Assembly: GCA_035289485.1 (NCBI GenBank)
Contig: DATDXA010000003.1
Span: 1 to 46,868, forward strand
Source of the DNA: an archaeon
Lineage (GTDB): Archaea; Iainarchaeota; Iainarchaeia; Iainarchaeales; Iainarchaeaceae
Length of the DNA: 46,868 nucleotides
Direction of reading: 5' to 3'
Of this stretch, positions 45,730 to 46,868 are shown piece by piece (the stretch's first letter is position 1; every line of letters starts with the position of its first letter). The notes under the pieces were generated by a model. That model saw nothing but the letters and a program-made list of their open reading frames with translations. It ran no database searches and had not been told where the DNA came from. Position numbers and translations under genes: made by a program.

Positions 45730-46577
45730 TATTTTCTTTCATTTTTTAGCGGAAAAGTTTCCAAGAATTTGGCTTTGCCCCTAATAGGTATCCTGACTTG
45801 GTACCACGAATATTTACCGTATTGCTGATAATAAAGTTTGGTTGGAAGGAGTTTCTGCTCAAAAAAATCTTTTACATAGAGTGCCGTTTTTTCTGAAGAA
45901 CTGCAAAAGGCAAACGAATCGCCGGATTTTCCGCCGTCCGTATCAAGCAAGCCCGTTATAAATGCGAGCTGGAGGTTATCTGGAAATTGCCTGATGAAAT
46001 CAATCACTGCGTCGGATTTTTTTCCGTGGACAAAATGGAAAACGTTGGTGAATATCCTTGAAACAATTTTGGAATTTATGGTAATTGAAATCAATCTGCT
46101 GATCCTCGTTCTGAAATATAATTTTGGTTTTATGGAAAATATTTCTTCTATAACAGAAGGCAAATAATATTCAGAATATTTTGACACGCCTTTTTGTATG
46201 ACCACCCTGCATTGCCTATAGCTCTGTGTCGTGGCCCTTTTCCTGATTGTAGGGGAAATATGGCCGTCTCCATAAACCACCCCGACGAAATATAATAGTT
46301 TTTCATCAATTACGGGCAATTTTACATTTTGTTTGGAAGCCTTTGAGTTAAGAAATAGCACACGATTACAAAGAGAATTGGGATTCTTTAGCACAGTTAT
46401 GGGGACTGAATGTGTTTGGCTCAGCCACCCTTTAACAGTTGATTTGGAGTAGCCTAATGAAGATACTTTTCCAAAATCGATGTCTTCACGGCAAAGGCCG
46501 CTCACCTTGAGATGCACGGCGGTATGGCGAGAATCGGATTTTTCACTTAACAAATTCAGGTCGAAATAATCTGGCAT
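45672..46577 (-). CDS. Free-standing double-motif LAGLIDADG endonuclease-family protein
   Basis: Motifs LLYFVGVVYGDG and AFITGLLDTDGG; HTH-like LGYSKSTVKGWL; its stop lies antisense inside the tRNA-Met intron. Confidence 0.85.
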   Translation of the reverse strand: MPDYFDLNLLSEKSDSRHTAVHLKVSGLCREDIDFGKVSSLGYSKSTVKGWLSQTHSVPITVLKNPNSLCNRVLFLNSKASKQNVKLPVIDEKLLYFVGVVYGDGHISPTIRKRATTQSYRQCRVVIQKGVSKYSEYYLPSVIEEIFSIKPKLYFRTRISRLISITINSKIVSRIFTNVFHFVHGKKSDAVIDFIRQFPDNLQLAFITGLLDTDGGKSGDSFAFCSSSEKTALYVKDFFEQKLLPTKLYYQQYGKYSWYQVRIPIRGKAKFLETFPLKNERKYAGERIRTADTRLVQNSTA

Positions 46578-46722
46578 TCAAGATTTTTGTTTTGAAGGGC
46601 ATTAAAAGGTTTTGAGGGTTAGGTGCCGGTGCCGAGTATAAATTTTTTGAACAAAAGAATTTTATTAGTCCTTGGAGACAATTGTTTTTAATTTTCATTC
46701 AAAAATGAAGGAGGTAAAAAAA

Positions 46723-46868
46723 ATGAAACCACTGAAGAAAATGTCCGGCAAGAAAACCCGAAAACTTGTCCAAGACCTGAAACACTGGGTAGCCAAAAAC
46801 TACGGCAAAAGATGCAAGGATTACAATCCGTTTTGTACAGTGTGCATAATGTGGGACGCATTTGACAC
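46723..46868 (+). CDS. Small Cys-containing hypothetical protein, 3'-truncated by window edge
   Basis: SD AGGAGGT; MKPLKKMSGKKTRKLVQDLKHWVAKNYGKRCKDYNPFCTVCIMWDAFD, open to the window end. Confidence 0.6.
   Translation, partial: MKPLKKMSGKKTRKLVQDLKHWVAKNYGKRCKDYNPFCTVCIMWDAFD

Noticed and set aside
1-46868. CRISPR array, transposase, integrase or rRNA gene
   Set aside because: No regularly spaced direct repeats, recombinase or transposase motifs, or rRNA signatures were seen.

Overview
Archaeal genomic window, most likely from a DPANN lineage. That assignment is inferred from the BHB tRNA introns, type II Map, archaeal PolB, TrmB and the many Cys-rich surface proteins; a Diapherotrites/Iainarchaeota-like origin is plausible but unproven. 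The left 28.6 kb is one coherent unannotated locus. It holds three intact paralogous giant membrane-anchored proteins (2259-2605 aa), the C-terminus of a fourth paralog, six small membrane proteins, a HerA/VirB4-like protein with degenerate Walker motifs and two coiled-coil proteins. Together these are a candidate host-contact or secretion machine. The right part carries polB (steric-gate Tyr replaced by His), trmB-like, map, lemA/TPM, msrB, hisS and a degenerate rpiA. It also has five tRNA genes (three with introns) and two free-standing LAGLIDADG genes whose 3' ends run into tRNA genes. After msrB sits a compact element: a slippery heptamer, a potential intramolecular triplex and a synonymously recoded second copy of the catalytic C-terminus, all open in the -1 frame. 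All calls come from reading the sequence and ORF translations by eye; no database searches were run.
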